Assembly (NCBI GenBank): GCA_040954595.2
Contig: CM082581.2
Span: forward strand, 248,001-312,000
DNA from: Balanoglossus misakiensis
Taxonomy: Eukaryota; Animalia; Hemichordata
Direction: 5' to 3'
DNA: 64,000 bases
Shown: piece by piece, positions 14,251 to 28,100 of the stretch
How positions within the stretch are numbered: position 1 is the stretch's first letter
How the letters are laid out: every line of letters begins with the position of its first letter
Made by a program: the position numbers and the translations under genes
Notes under the pieces: generated by a model
Databases searched by the model: none
What the model was told of the DNA's origin: nothing
What the model saw: only the letters and a program-made list of their open reading frames with translations

Positions 14251-16511
14251 AAACAGTTTTTGTTGATATTTTGTATACAACTTGAACGTGCTGCAAAAAC
14301 ACACCGGGAAAATTTATGCAAAAACTGCTCCGTTAAATTGTTCTTTTGGATGTTCCGAGCCTTTCCTGAAAGTTTCATGATAAAAAAATTATCTGGCATA
14401 CCAATTCAATCACAAATAAAAACCATAACATTATGGCGAAGGGCAGAAAAGTAGCGAAATACGCAAAGTTTAGCGACAGTTCACGGCGAAGGATCGCATT
14501 TATCTGGGTCAAACTCCTTTCCGCTGGCCTTTGGGGTTCCCAAGAAGCGTAAAAATGTCCATAATTTGGCAGCCTTTAATGTACAAGCAAGGCTATCTAT
14601 CGCTGAATATTGCAAGAATCAGTGTTTGCAAGTTACATTTAAATGCCCTTGGCTAGGGGAACCCGTCCTTGTGCGCATGCGTAGCGTCTTGTATAGCAAC
14701 AAGTCGCTGTGGGAGTCCTACATCGCTGGTTGAGTATATGCGTTTGCCTGTTCCGTGAGCGTGACACGATTGGGGAAAAATTGATGCGAAAGCTTCAATT
14801 TTTAAGTCCGAAAGTGGACTTACAGCAAAACGTGTCAAACGTACAAGCAGCCAGGGCCAAGAGAGACTACTAGTCCGAGCAGGACAGGGGAAGAATCTGA
14901 ACATGGACCGGTCGAACACGGCAGTCAATCATACGCACGTAACGCAGTCAACCATTGCCAATCAAGAGTCGAGCTCACTCCGTTGGCGTAAAAAGATGTT
15001 CTATCGAGTGGCAGTGGAGAATTTACAGATTTTTCAAACAACCTCAATTATATGCCGTCGATAATAAGACTCCCTAGCTTCCTTGTCAGGTGTATGAAAT
15101 TAGCTATCATAAAACCAGCCATATCTTGTTACACGTTTATTGCCCAGAATTTTTCAATGTTTTAATTTTTCTCAAATACATTTTTAGATATAAATTCAGT
15201 GGTTTTAAATGAAATTTTAACTGACACCCTAGCATTTCCAACCACCTTAATTGGGTGTTTACTTTTTGAAACATTACAAATAAAAGTGTGCACAATGAGT
15301 TGTCCGGAGACATAATTCAAAATTCATAGACCGATAACTTCACTCGGTAATACCACAGGATCTGCAATATATTTACATTTCTCCAGCTAGCGAGAGAGGC
15401 AGTTTATTTACCATTAGGAAATGTAAATTGTATGTGAAGCATACGGTTACAGGTGACACACTCATTTAATCGGCCTCCATGCAAAGTGTACAAAACTGAT
15501 ACAAATACAAGCAAAACAGCTTGATGATTCTAAAGAATAGGGAAAAGATTTTATTGTAGAAAAAATGTGTGAAATGTGGCAGCTCAGGGGGCTTTCATGG
15601 TGTGCCATACAGGCTTAATTTAGATTCAAATGACCAACCTTGGAATCAATCTGCAAGAGTTTCTTCAGCAAAATGATAACAGAACTTCTCTGGTCAGGAG
15701 TAGCACCATCACTCCACCAGGACTTCAATAAATTCCAGTTAGATAATATGGCTGCGTGTACTGTCATGCCTTGACTGAAATAATTATTGAAGAACATCCA
15801 CAAAAAACTAATATGATGTAAACACCTTCTGATCTATTTTGGAAAATTCTGATTTTGACCTTTTTTGATATTTACATAAAAAATATCTTAATTAGACTGA
15901 TATTGAACAGTATAGGGCATAATTTTGGCATACAAAATTTTATTTTTAAGTCTTTCATTCTGTTATGCTTAAATATTCTGCACAATTCTGCAATTTGCTA
16001 ATCATTGCATAAAACATACTTTTCATATCCATTGCATTTAAAATGTAATTCAAAGGATTCGGCTTGAGTCAATGAATGCATTTCAAATTTCGAATGACCA
16101 AATATGTCATCTAGTTAGACAACTAGTAAATGCATCATTTCTTCAAGTAAATTAAGAAGTAAAATAATTCTATCATAGTAGAACACAAAAATGATGACAC
16201 AAAAACAAAGCTTTCTGCTTTTAAGTTTTTATTCATAAATTAATGAATGAAATAAATTCTTTTTACAGCAAGAAATTAAAAAAGAGATATTTTACAAAAA
16301 AAGTTGAAGATAACCTATGATTTTTCACAGGCACTGTGATTTGCTGGATATTGTACATCATGTATTCATAAATCTTAAATGTTTAAAACTGACTTATCAA
16401 ATTAATATCTTTTGAGTGTGAGAATGTTATGCTTTGCCCTTGTTAGTAAACCTTAATCTAACCTTCGTAATTCCCACAGAAGAAAACAACAACAAAAAAC
16501 CATAAATGTCC

Positions 16512-17546
16512 ACCAGCGCTTAGAGATGGTGCACAATGGAAGGCCATCTCAACACCCCATCCCTGGTTTATAAACAAGACACCCAAACTGTTTCTAAAGA
16601 CGGTGCACAATGGAACACCCTGTCATACAGGTATACAGTTTTCCTGTAGTAACAAACACATTTCAACCAGCGCTTAGAGATGGTGCACAATGGAAGGCCA
16701 TCTCAACACCCCATCCCTGGTTTATAAACAAGACACCCAAACTGTTTCTAAAGACGGTGCACAATGGAACACCCTGTCATACAGGTATACAGTTTTCCTG
16801 TAGTAACAAACACATTTCAACCAGCGCTTAGAGATGGTGCACAATGGAAGGCCATCTCAACACCCCATCCCTGGTTTATAAACAAGACACCCAAACTGTT
16901 TCTAAAGACGGTGCACAATGGAACACCCTGTCATACAGGTATACAGTTTTCCTGTAGTAACAAACACATTTCAACCAGCGCTTAGAGATGGTGCACAATG
17001 GAAGGCCATCTCAACACCCCATCCCTGGTTTATAAACAAGACACCCAAACTGTTTCTAAAGACGGTGCACAATGGAACACCCTGTCATACAGGTATACAG
17101 TTTTCCTGTAGTAACAAACACATTTCAACCAGCGCTTAGAGATGGTGCACAATGGAAGGCCATCTCAACACCCCATCCCTGGTTTATAAACAAGACACCC
17201 AAACTGTTTCTAAAGACGGTGCACAATGGAACACCCTGTCATACAGGTATACAGTTTTCCTGTAGTAACAAACACATTTCAACCAGCGCTTAGAGATGGT
17301 GCACAATGGAAGGCCATCTCAACACCCCATCCCTGGTTTATAAACAAGACACCCAAACTGTTTCTAAAGACGGTGCACAATGGAACACCCTGTCATACAG
17401 GTATACAGTTTTCCTGTAGTAACAAACACATTTCAACCAGCGCTTAGAGATGGTGCACAATGGAAGGCCATCTCAACACCCCATCCCTGGTTTATAAACA
17501 AGACACCCAAACTGTTTCTAAAGACAGTGCACAATGGAACACTCTG
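16512..17546 (+). repeat. Subterminal tandem array: 154-bp unit x ~6.7, each a dimer of 74- and 80-bp subunits
   Basis: Identical units; AGA(T/C)GGTGCACAATGGAA occurs twice per unit. Confidence 0.95.
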
Positions 17547-17876
17547 ACAACTGTGATCAAAGGGTTAACACCTTGCTCCAGGAAGTTCCATTGTTACATC
17601 TCTAAACAAAAGAATGGTCAATCACACACAATAAAAGTCTTTGTCTTTGCTTCTGACAAACGTGTTCTACTGTCTATGCTACTGAGAACAATTTTGAATG
17701 GAGAGATAGTCAATTCATTTAACCATAGAATACATAGCTCAACTTTATGCATATCCTACATGGTAGATCCAAGGTATGAATAGTAGTAATTCATGAAAAT
17801 CAGATTTTTTGATTTGTGTGGGTTTGCAAAAAGAAAAAGTGTAGTGGTAGGTTCTGTGCCTGGATACTGGTAGCCC

Positions 17877-20800
17877 CTAAGTTTCCTCATGTAAACTTAC
17901 AGTTCGGTATTTTATCTTCAACTCTTCTACTGTGACTTTCTTCAACATATTTCTCATTGTGAGAGCAAAGTCCCAAAGAAGAGCAGCTTCTTTGGGCTGC
18001 CAGTCCTCCCAAGGGGTTTTCTTTCTTCCTATTTTCTGATATGATGGCTGCCATGCACTGTTCCATCTCCCTTGATACCAATGTAGTTTAAATTCATCCT
18101 GGTTAACTTCAACAACTTTGCCAATTTGTGGGATCTCTTCATATTCAGGACAGAAGACTGCCACCATGACACCAGGCAGCAGAGTTTTGTAGTCATCCAT
18201 TTGCTGGACTGCCCTGGCTCTCTTCCCCTGTTTTCCTATCACAATCTTGAGAGAAAGACACATTGTAAACAATTTTGGCAAGACTGACATGACTTGAAAA
18301 AGCAATATGAAAATGCAGCTTTGCTGAATCTGTTGCCTCAAAACACTGACAATTTCCAGCATTATTTTGTTAAGTTGCAATACCATTGCTAGCATGGCAA
18401 TCAGCTTGCATTGTTCATTTTTAACATTTATATAATCAATACCAAATCATCAGCATTGTTTTATTTTAAACGAATCCTTGGCTACTATGCAATGAATACT
18501 GAGCAATCAAGTCAATATTTCACAACTGTATATTTAAAAATTGGCATTAGAAAATATCTGATAACCAGCTCGCAATATCCATTAAGTGAATATGACATAC
18601 CGGTGGACATGACGCAGTTATTTTTTCTTCAATTTGCATAATATTTGTAGGTGCCTCTGCTTCCTCAATAATTGGTGGTGTCATTGCCTCGGTCAGTCTC
18701 AGGAGTGGCCAACTTTCATGTCTGGCTGGAACCTTAAAAATAACAATACAACAATAGTGTCATTGTTTGACTTAAAGGGAAAACACTTCCAAAGCTTCTG
18801 ACTGCACAAATCACAAGTGAGTGATGGTTAATTGTAAATTGAAAATATTATTATGAATTGACAGATGTGGTCATGCACAGACACACATGTACATGTATAC
18901 ATTTCACATAAGAAAACAGTACATGTATTACAGATTGCAAATATCCTGCCAAAAAAAACACAGTATAACAGAACGCAGAAAATATGCTTACACATCTTGT
19001 CACTTACTTGCTCATATTGCTCTATTCCTCTGAAGAATGTTTTCCAATATTCTTTCGCACTGTCTGGCAAACGGCTTCCATATCCGTCTGGTAAGTCTTT
19101 GATCAGCTTGTTTACATCAATTTTCTCAAGACAGGGTTCAACAAAGTCTGGTATGTCATTTACATCAGGGATACTCTATAAGAAACATAACATATTGTAG
19201 ATCAGTGTGCAAATTATGATTGTAAAACTCTGTGATCACTCGTGAGAGTGTTTACCTGCATCAAAATTTATGATCAAATTCAGTGTTTCTGGTGTCGAAG
19301 TGGGCCTGTTTCTTAGTATAATGTATGTAATGCATGTACATTTTATGTTCAACATGTACATGCCAAACCAGGCCTGCACAAACGTGGCGGTGGAAAACCT
19401 CGGTTTGGGGGATTATACCTGAAGTGTGAACGTCTTGGTCAACACACTGGACACGAAATTGTATAGAATGATGTTGGTTGTTTATTGGAGGGCAAATATC
19501 AGCCACAAGGTGTCATTGTTATGTTAATCACTGTCTAGCAACAGAGTTACTGGAGAGGGTTTTCCTCATGTATGCATTCCTATATAGTTTTATAGATGCA
19601 CTTTAATTTGAAAGACCTCGCATGGCTTACGAAATAAAATATTTCATTTATACACAGGTTGTGGTATAATACTCACCGTGAGACATGTCAGACCATAAGA
19701 TTCTTCATCACCCTCTTTATATTCTGGTAACCAAGGATCAGAGGACCACATCTTGTAGTGCATACGCACCTTCCCCTCAAACTTTCTAAAGCGAAAACAG
19801 TGGGGCACAGAGTGTCCACTGAATGTGCTCTCCATGTGTGGTTCAAGCCATTCCTTAATGTTGTATAAAAACTTTATTTCTTGTGTATGGATAGTTGGGG
19901 TGTAACTGTGATGAATTACATTCTGCAAATCTGTGAATTGGACAAAAGTAAACAATGTGTTTGATTAATTTGCCATGAATGTTAGAAAGAGTATTTAAAA
20001 TAAACATAAAATTTTGGAGTTTTTTAATATGTGCATGTTTAACAAACCATGAATATAAAGTTATGGGTGACATAATAACAGAATTATTGTAATTCACAAT
20101 GTCATTCTCAGGGAGAATGTAGACAATGACATGAGAACAGTTGGTATGTCTAGGCTTTGGGTGAAAGGACATATTTCTTGACCAAACCTACTGATAACAG
20201 ATGCAGTAAGATACGAGATGTCTCTTCAGCTAATATAACTGGAGTGCAGCTGCTAGAAACAAAGATTATTCACAAAAATGAACAAGTCATAAAAATTCAC
20301 AGTATTGTCCAGAAAATTAGCTTATTCATTGTATGCATACCTGAAATTGTATAAGCGTTGGTAGTATAGAGAGCTGTCGAAACTCGGCTGAACATTTGAT
20401 CTATGTCCTGAGAAAATAAACAAAGAAAGTATTTTAAGTACTATCTGAGTAATATTCTATACAACGTTCTCAGCCTGCAAGTGTTTTGCAATCTTTATGA
20501 AATCTAATTGACAGGTAATTTTTAATGAGACTGTTTTGTGTTAAGTATGCCATTTTGTCTCCTTCATGTGACTCATAAGTGTTGGCCAAAATTAACAATA
20601 CTCTTGCTCCACTTTGCAAATTAATGATATGTTCTCGGCAAGGAAGTGTAATTGCAGACAACTGATAACTTATAACACATGCAATATTTCGTTAAGACCT
20701 TGCTGTAAAAGAGGTGTGAGGTTTAGACTATCAGATACATGATGGCAATTACTGGTGCTAGGTCATTTGTGGGATATTCACAAGATAAATGTTGCATATT

Positions 20801-23800
20801 AGGACATTACATACCTCATGGGTGTGTCCCACTGGCAGGAAGTGAAACAGGACCTACATAACAAATAAAAAGATACCGTATTACTTCCAAAACATGAAAT
20901 GATGAAAGTGTCATGCAGACATATTTCCTAACATAATGACCAAAACATAAATTTGTTGATTAGTGTTCTCCACTTTGAATGACATTGTAAGCTTCTAGTC
21001 AACTCTTGAAGTAATATCTGAGTATAATGATGTTAGCATTTTGATATAAAAAGAAAATATACCTCCTCAAATATGTTGTATTCAACAAGCACACTCGCTA
21101 ATGACAACAGAAAGCGGTTTTTATTCTCCCGATAACAGTTGTCAAATTGAGTATGCAAGTTCCGGCCAAGTCTATCAACATTTTCTTCTAGTGTCCACAG
21201 CAAGTTGTTCATAGTAAGATTACTATCATGAGGAAACTGGTTCATATCCAGACGCACATAGGGAATTTTTCCTTCAGCAACGTTGGTGTGGAATATATCT
21301 CCTAGGGGGTGAAAAAAATAACGGAGTCATTAAATTTGTCCAACATGCATTCTGAGGACACGTGGGCAAGTACATGTCCTCCCTCTAAAATTTAGTTGGT
21401 TCTATGGTAAACCCTTGGAGCTTTTGCACAGAAATACACAGCATTTGTTGCTACAAGAATCATTTAATTTATTTTCAAACCATAACTGCAAGTGGACAAT
21501 CATTCTACCGTAATTACATATCACCCCATTCATGTCATGTATACAGTGTATATTTCTGCATATACGTTAAGATCTACAACTAGTATTACACAATAGTAAA
21601 CTAGTACCTGTCGCATGCATGGGTACTCGAAGAAGGTGTTCAGTATTTTTATCATCTTTCACTAGTCTTGGCACGTTGGTTTTCTTCTGATCCATTGCAT
21701 CTTGTATGATACAGGTCAGTTCACGTGGCTCTCTCACAGCCTTTTCCCGTGCTGTGTGATAAAACATTCTCTCTGTGCTGAAACCACAAAAAATGAGAAT
21801 TTCCACAATAAATGTTTAGTGAAAAATGGAGAGTTGATTGCCTTCATGTAAACACATGTGCATGCATAGTTGTCAATTATCATATGAACTGATAAGATAA
21901 CTAAAAAAAAAGAGGATTAGCAACTTGAAAGATTGTCACTGGTTTGTTGTTACCCAAGTTTATGAATAGAAACTCCGGTATCAGGTGACAACAAGTTAAT
22001 GGGGCCAACCTGTCATGGAAGCCTTCCCTCACTCACTGAGTGTGTGAAATGACACGCTTCAAAATGTTACACAGAATGGTGATATACATTTCCATGTTGA
22101 GTTAATCCATTAAAAAAGTATTAGATTATTGTGAGTTTGTCCAAGTGTATTTATCTCAATGCAATTTTAATTCTTACAATGCAACAAAAACATCAAAGTC
22201 ACTATATTTGAGGCCACCTGTTCATCTATTTGGAAGACTTCCTGTTACCCACTGAATGTATGAAAATGACTAGCCTACATCCATGAGATTACAAAGGAGG
22301 ATGGTATACATTTCCATTTAAATCCATTTCTTTTTTTTTCTGGTAAAAAATCTATCAAATCACATTCATTGTTGAAAAGAAATTACTGTAAAGGCCACCA
22401 AATAAGAAGTAAAGGGGATTTTTTTTTTCAGTTTTTAATGACAATGGCCTTGTAACGAATGGTCAATAGCGATGTACACGTATGTCCTGACCAGACATGG
22501 AAATGTGTAATCTTGGCAATGGATGACAGGAATAATTTCAAATACATTGTACACCACATACATGTATATACTCACCGTATTATGTCTTCATGTTGCTCTT
22601 TTGTTCGCCGTATTGCCCTTCTCTCTGAGTCTGATCGTGCTTTTTCCAAGGCCTCTCGAATTTGAACACAGTCGCCACATTCACTGAATTCAGATCGCTG
22701 TTAATGAAACAAAGCATAAGAAATGTTTGGTGAGATATTGGTTAGAGGAGGTGTTACTAAGGAGACTTGTCATTGAAGAGATCGAATTAAACACCCAACC
22801 TGGCATCCGTGAAATGCAATCATTATGATGCAATGCATGTATACACAAGTCAGAGTAGGCCTGTAATTTCTCACAATTTCGATATTATTATAAGATACCA
22901 GACGTTATGAACATTCATTTGAAGGAGAATGTCAGTACCACATTTTTCCAGTTCAAATCATTTTGGAAGCCATATGGCAGTCTTCAGTAGGAACAGCCAC
23001 AGAACAAAACATAATATTAATAGGCCACAAGGTGTGTGTAGTATAAAAATACTGCTGGTGTTCTATTATCATGACAGTGTTTTGTACATCTTGACAGTGT
23101 TTTGTACATCTTGGTAAATAAGGGAAAAATGTAGAGATATATGCATAACTATAAGTATAAGCACACAATCCCATTAGTCATAATTACCTGTTCTATTACG
23201 AATTCTGGCAGGAATTTCAACCAAATGGACCTGAAGTAGGAGTAGCTTATTACATCTTCAGCACTGTTACGTTCTAGAAGTTCCCGCTCCATTCTGGCAT
23301 ATAGCATGGTGTAATTGTAGAAGACTGGCAACAGCACTTTATGTCTGTGAGGCATAAAGTCACCAATTCGTTCAAAGCGAAATCGCATCCATCCCAGAGC
23401 CCTTGCTGTTTTGTCTAATTGCCACCGTCTACCTTTGTTTTTGTGAAGAATTACTCTCTTGTTATTTTGAAAAGCATGCTTGCATTCATTGTATCTTTTA
23501 AGAGATACATTATGTACCAAGCACCATGCTCTTTGGCATACACGTTTGCCATTTATGACTAACATTGTCACTACAACTGCTTTGGTCTTGACATATTTTG
23601 TGTAGGAGTGCTGTCTTATTTGGTTCAGAATGTACTGTTTTTGTTCACTTTCACTGCTCAGTTCCTTGAAGGCACTCTCATTCTGTATTATGTCAAGAGG
23701 ACTTAAATGCTGTAAACATTTTTCCTCACAACAAGTTTGGAAAAGAATGTTTCTAGGATCCTGCAACGGCATAGAAATTCTTCTCCTTTTGAGTGGTGTT

Positions 23801-23934
23801 GAAGCCTTTGGTGTTGAGCAAACCAATTCAGCCACTTCAAAGTCCCCATCTACTAGAGTGGTATTTGATAGGTCTCCATACTCTTCTCCAGAGTCCGTGT
23901 ACTCCCCATCTATTAACGTAGAATCAAGTGAACC
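17877..23934 (-). CDS. Spliced Sola-like (DUF7869-type) DDE transposase, about 770 aa or more. Exons: 23188-23934, 22576-22697, 21608-21777, 21063-21301, 20815-20853, 20341-20407, 19677-19930, 19008-19175, 18601-18732, 17877-18245; possible first exon 24518-24572
   Basis: All junctions are GT-AG and phase-compatible. Motifs: CCEEKCL, INGKRVCQRAW, FSECGDC, IIQDAMDQKK, FPHDSN, QFDNCYRENKN, FLPVGHTHE/DIDQMFSRVS, PHCFRF. No internal stops found. 5' end uncertain. Confidence 0.88.
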
Positions 23935-24572
23935 TACAAGAATAATGGGTGAAATTGAAATGTTTGCATACAAGGGCATGACTTCTGAATAAAAAAAAAA
24001 CACTGACCATTATGCATGTGACGTTTGGTAACATATGAGTGCGTCCGCAAGTACCATTAATTTGACGTGTTTTCCAGAAGCGCTTAAAATGTTGTTTTAT
24101 TTTTTTCCTCGAAAAATACGGCAAACGATCTTACCTACTGGTATTGTAAGATCTGCAAAGTTTCAGAGATTTACCGACAATGCAACTGGCATGTGAAATG
24201 GCCAGTCTTCTGCCGGTGAAGGTGACAATTGTGATGGTCGTTTTTTGTTCGGTCGAGTTAAACTAATCTCTACATGAAACTAAACATGACAATTTGAAGA
24301 CATTTCTATGATTTTTATTCTTATATTGTCACGACTAGATCGGTTTAAAATGCATGTTTTTTCATGTGCACTGACATTGTGTCACCTTCAACGGCCGAAC
24401 ATTGAAAAGGGATAACATGCACACGTACGGAAGCTGGTGACGTATGGAAGCTAGGTCGGTGACAGTTGTCTGTACCATAATATTATTATGCTCAATGAAA
24501 ACTGTTTGAAAACTTACCATTTTCCGATACGTCAAAAGTTGATAGGTAATCAGTTCGAGTTACGTTAGCCAT

Positions 24573-25109
24573 ATGAAAGCCGTGCCAATAGGATCGCTCT
24601 TCGAACAAACGAACTGCTCCACAAGTACGAAAGTTTACTACCAATCTCTGAACATATATGACCTCGAGCAGGCTAGTGTGTGTCATGTGACTTTGGCCAG
24701 GTCACTGCGCCGACGCCGCGCATACAGCTGGTTCATCACAGAATCACAGTTTTACAACGCAGGAGTCAAGATCAGTTTTTTATTCGCCGCGCTGTTTGCA
24801 CATTTCAACAAAATGACGTCTTTAGCACACCTTGGACTTAGCGTGGGTGATATGACGGACACGCTTTACAGCTTGTTTGTTTCCTGTTTCAATAAACAGC
24901 TGGTTATGAGTAAAGCGCGAGATGATCGGACAAGCCATTATCAAATATGGCTTCTCGACGTTTCACACCTATACTTGCAGCAGGAGTACAACTTCCGCTA
25001 CTGGGACTTGCATTGTTTACAGTTTGCTTAAAAGCAGAAAGCATCCTTGGCTTTCTCCAGAAGCAACTGCAACTCACCCTGAGTAAGTTAGCACACGAAC
25101 AACGACAGC
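24573..25109. promoter_or_regulatory. Putative bidirectional promoter between the transposase and cargo gene
   Basis: ~540-bp relatively CpG-rich gap between two head-to-head candidate ATGs (24572 minus, 25110 plus); inferred from position only. Confidence 0.4.
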
Positions 25110-28100
25110 ATGACCGGCAAAAGAAATTGGTGGTTTGTGCGGGAGAAAAAAGTAGAAGGCCACGCTGGACCCGATGACGCTGTGTACATGTACGTGACTC
25201 AACCATCCGTGAACGGTCCAAACAAACACCGGGGCACCCGTCTTCGAAAACACGGTAAAAAGTCTGGATCTCAGCTGAGTGACATCGACTGTTGTCCAGT
25301 GAAGAAAGTTGCAGTTGCCACCGTAATGGACGAAAACAAAAAACCAGGCATTAAGGTAAATTGTAGTACTGCTTGTTAGTGGGTTCGTAGTGGGGATGGG
25401 AGGGGGGGGGGGGTGCACCCGTAAGTAGACTCAAAAGAAACATTGTTTGGCATGAGCATAGTTAAAAACTGCACAAGGGTGTACGTACGTGAAGAAGTCA
25501 ACTTCGGGTCATATTTAGTTATGATTTTGCCAGCACGCATTCAAATCAGACAATAAACTCCCACAACCTAGCTCCGCTTGGCAGGGCTGTGTGTTGTTCC
25601 TGCCACGCAGAGCAACCCACAACCCAGTGTAAATTGACTGGCGTTTGCAATATTTATTCAATTTATTACGTGTGCTTCCAAACTGAATAAGACCACGATC
25701 GACCATAGCTGCCAGGCCATTTCCGCTGTTCTAACGGCTTGCATATGAAGGTGGTATTCATCTTCATATTTGAATTTCATTAGTCACAAATGAGTGTTTT
25801 GGTGTTTAATGATTTACAATTATAGTTTTATTCTTTATTTTAGGTGATTTTCTATGGGAAAGACCGCCCGATTATTTTTTTCAAGCCCCAGTTTGAGTGG
25901 AACAGGAACGAATTCTGCCAACAGTTTGCAGAAATGGAGACAGTGGATTTTGTTGATAAATTCAACAAAATCATCAACTGTGAATCCACTGGCGATAGGT
26001 GTACTCAGTCAAATGATGACAGTTTCTCATCTGAAGATTCTGTGTCTCTCTCATCAAGTCCTGCTCCACTCTCATCTCAGTCGGTGACATCAGACGATTT
26101 GGATGTTGCCGATGTAAGGTAAACTACAGCAAAGTTTTTTTTATTAGCTTCCTAATGCTACCACTCAATGTATTATGGGTATAGTTTTTACTAAAGCGTA
26201 GAGTGCTAACGTGTTTTTTTTTCAGATTCCCCCACTACAGTAATTAATATTTACTAACATTTTGTTGGTGTTTCAGTGATACCCCCAAGTCACGCAAACA
26301 AAAAAGAAGAAGAAATATTGACTCTCTTGACGTTCCCAATCTAGTAAAACATCGTAAGAAGGAAACCACACCGGATCCTATGAAATCGGAAATATCAGCC
26401 TGCAAAATAGGTAAAAGCTTACAGTCAAAACATCTAAAACGGTTTGCAGGGTTACCATGCATTTGTGTTTGTTCAGAGATGGAAATGTACACCACTTTGT
26501 TAATTTACAATAAATTCCCTTTGCTGTTCAGCGTTAGGTGATGCTTATTACATGCAAAAGTTATAATTTTCCAAATATTCAGTGATGTATTCTACTGTCT
26601 TTTAGCCTGTTATTTTATAATGATGTATAATGATTTCATGTCAAAAGAATGTAGAGAATTACACATGCATGAACATACACTATGTATGTTCTTGTATGTA
26701 TGCATGTATGTGTGTGCGGGTGTGGGCTTATTCCAATATGTTTCATCATCATCTAGCTGTATCCAAGTCCCTTATTGTGGTCACTGAAACCTCCTTACAT
26801 GAATTCTCTCGATTTGTGAAATATCAGATTGGTTAAAGGATACTGAAACATATTTTAGCATGACTTAACATAAACCTTAAACTCTTATTTTCCCCCATTA
26901 GGATTACACAAGTTACATATCAGTAACCTGGAAGTCGGCACAAACAGAGAGCTCGACGATGAATTTGTGGAGTTCTTGGTAAAGAAAATGGAGGACTTTA
27001 CTGATGAAAGTTATCAGCCATATTGTGTTGTAATAAAGAATGTGACCAAGGATGAGTTTAAACCAGAAAATGTAAGTTTTTCCAGTTTAAATCATGTATT
27101 TTCATCTATTTTTACACACATTGATCGATCTTTGTTCAGTGAAACTTGATACCATTATAACATATGCAGTTTATAGTCAATATTTCTTCTACTTCAAGAA
27201 GATGGGGGCACATTGATTTTGTTTTTATTCAAGCCATATACTGTAGTAGAATATGGGTTTGCTTGTAATACAGGGGATGAATACATGTCTATGATAAACC
27301 ATTTCTCAAGTTGCTGTAGACTTAAGTAAACCATAATCCAATATTTTGGTATTTATTCATCATTATGGTTGAAATTTTTATTTTTATCTGTAAGGTTAAT
27401 GGTTACAAATACAGAATTATTGGTGGCCAACACAACTTCAAGGCTGCCTGCATCATGGCTGAACAAGATCCAGACAACAACCTGTTCAAGTCAAGATTAT
27501 GCACAGTTTATGCAGGACTTACAGTGCAGCAGGAGCTCTTTCTTATGAAGCAACACAACGATGTCGCTGGATACATCCACAAATTTACGTTGAAGGATAA
27601 GGTAAGTTTTCCAGTGTTCAAATGTGATCAGCTAACTGTTGTTTTATTTTTTTTTAACTTGTTGTTGGTTCAAGTGTCAAGATAAGATTGTTACACATTA
27701 TTTCTTAATTTGTGTCAGACTTTTTTATCACTGTTTTTGAGTGTTGCCTGCTCAAACTTAAGTTTTGTATGAGAATAATCTAAATTGTATTATTAATATG
27801 CATGTTATTTACATTCATACATACATACAGTATTGTAAATTTACCGCTGACTAGTGGAAATGCAATTCTAAATATTAAAAAGCATGACTCCTTTTATTTG
27901 TTTCAAACAAATTCATGTCTTCTTAACTTTCACAGGTCAAAATAGCCCGCCTAAGACGAAGTGTAGAGGAGAACAGAGCTGAATGGATAAATGGGTGTCG
28001 AGAGATGTTGCAGGAGGTAAATAGTTTTTCTTGAAACTTTTTTGCAGTATTTTGTGCACCACCCACTAAAAAGAAATGATTTCAGTGGTTTCACAGAGAA

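Noticed and set aside
14300-15350. CpG-rich segment with weak terminal inverted similarity
   Set aside because: No convincing TIR, TSD or second copy in the window, and the ORFs are uninformative.
16610-17447. Five identical 73-aa ORFs, and a possible CRISPR-like array
   Set aside because: An artefact of the 154-bp tandem repeat. Spacers are identical, no cas genes are present, and the context is eukaryotic.
24135-24270. Candidate additional 5' transposase exon
   Set aside because: It contains an in-frame TGA or needs a phase-incompatible donor; it cannot be resolved without transcripts.
26226-26239. Possible 14-nt micro-exon in the cargo gene
   Set aside because: It would need a 37-nt intron; the direct 26118^26277 junction is already in phase.
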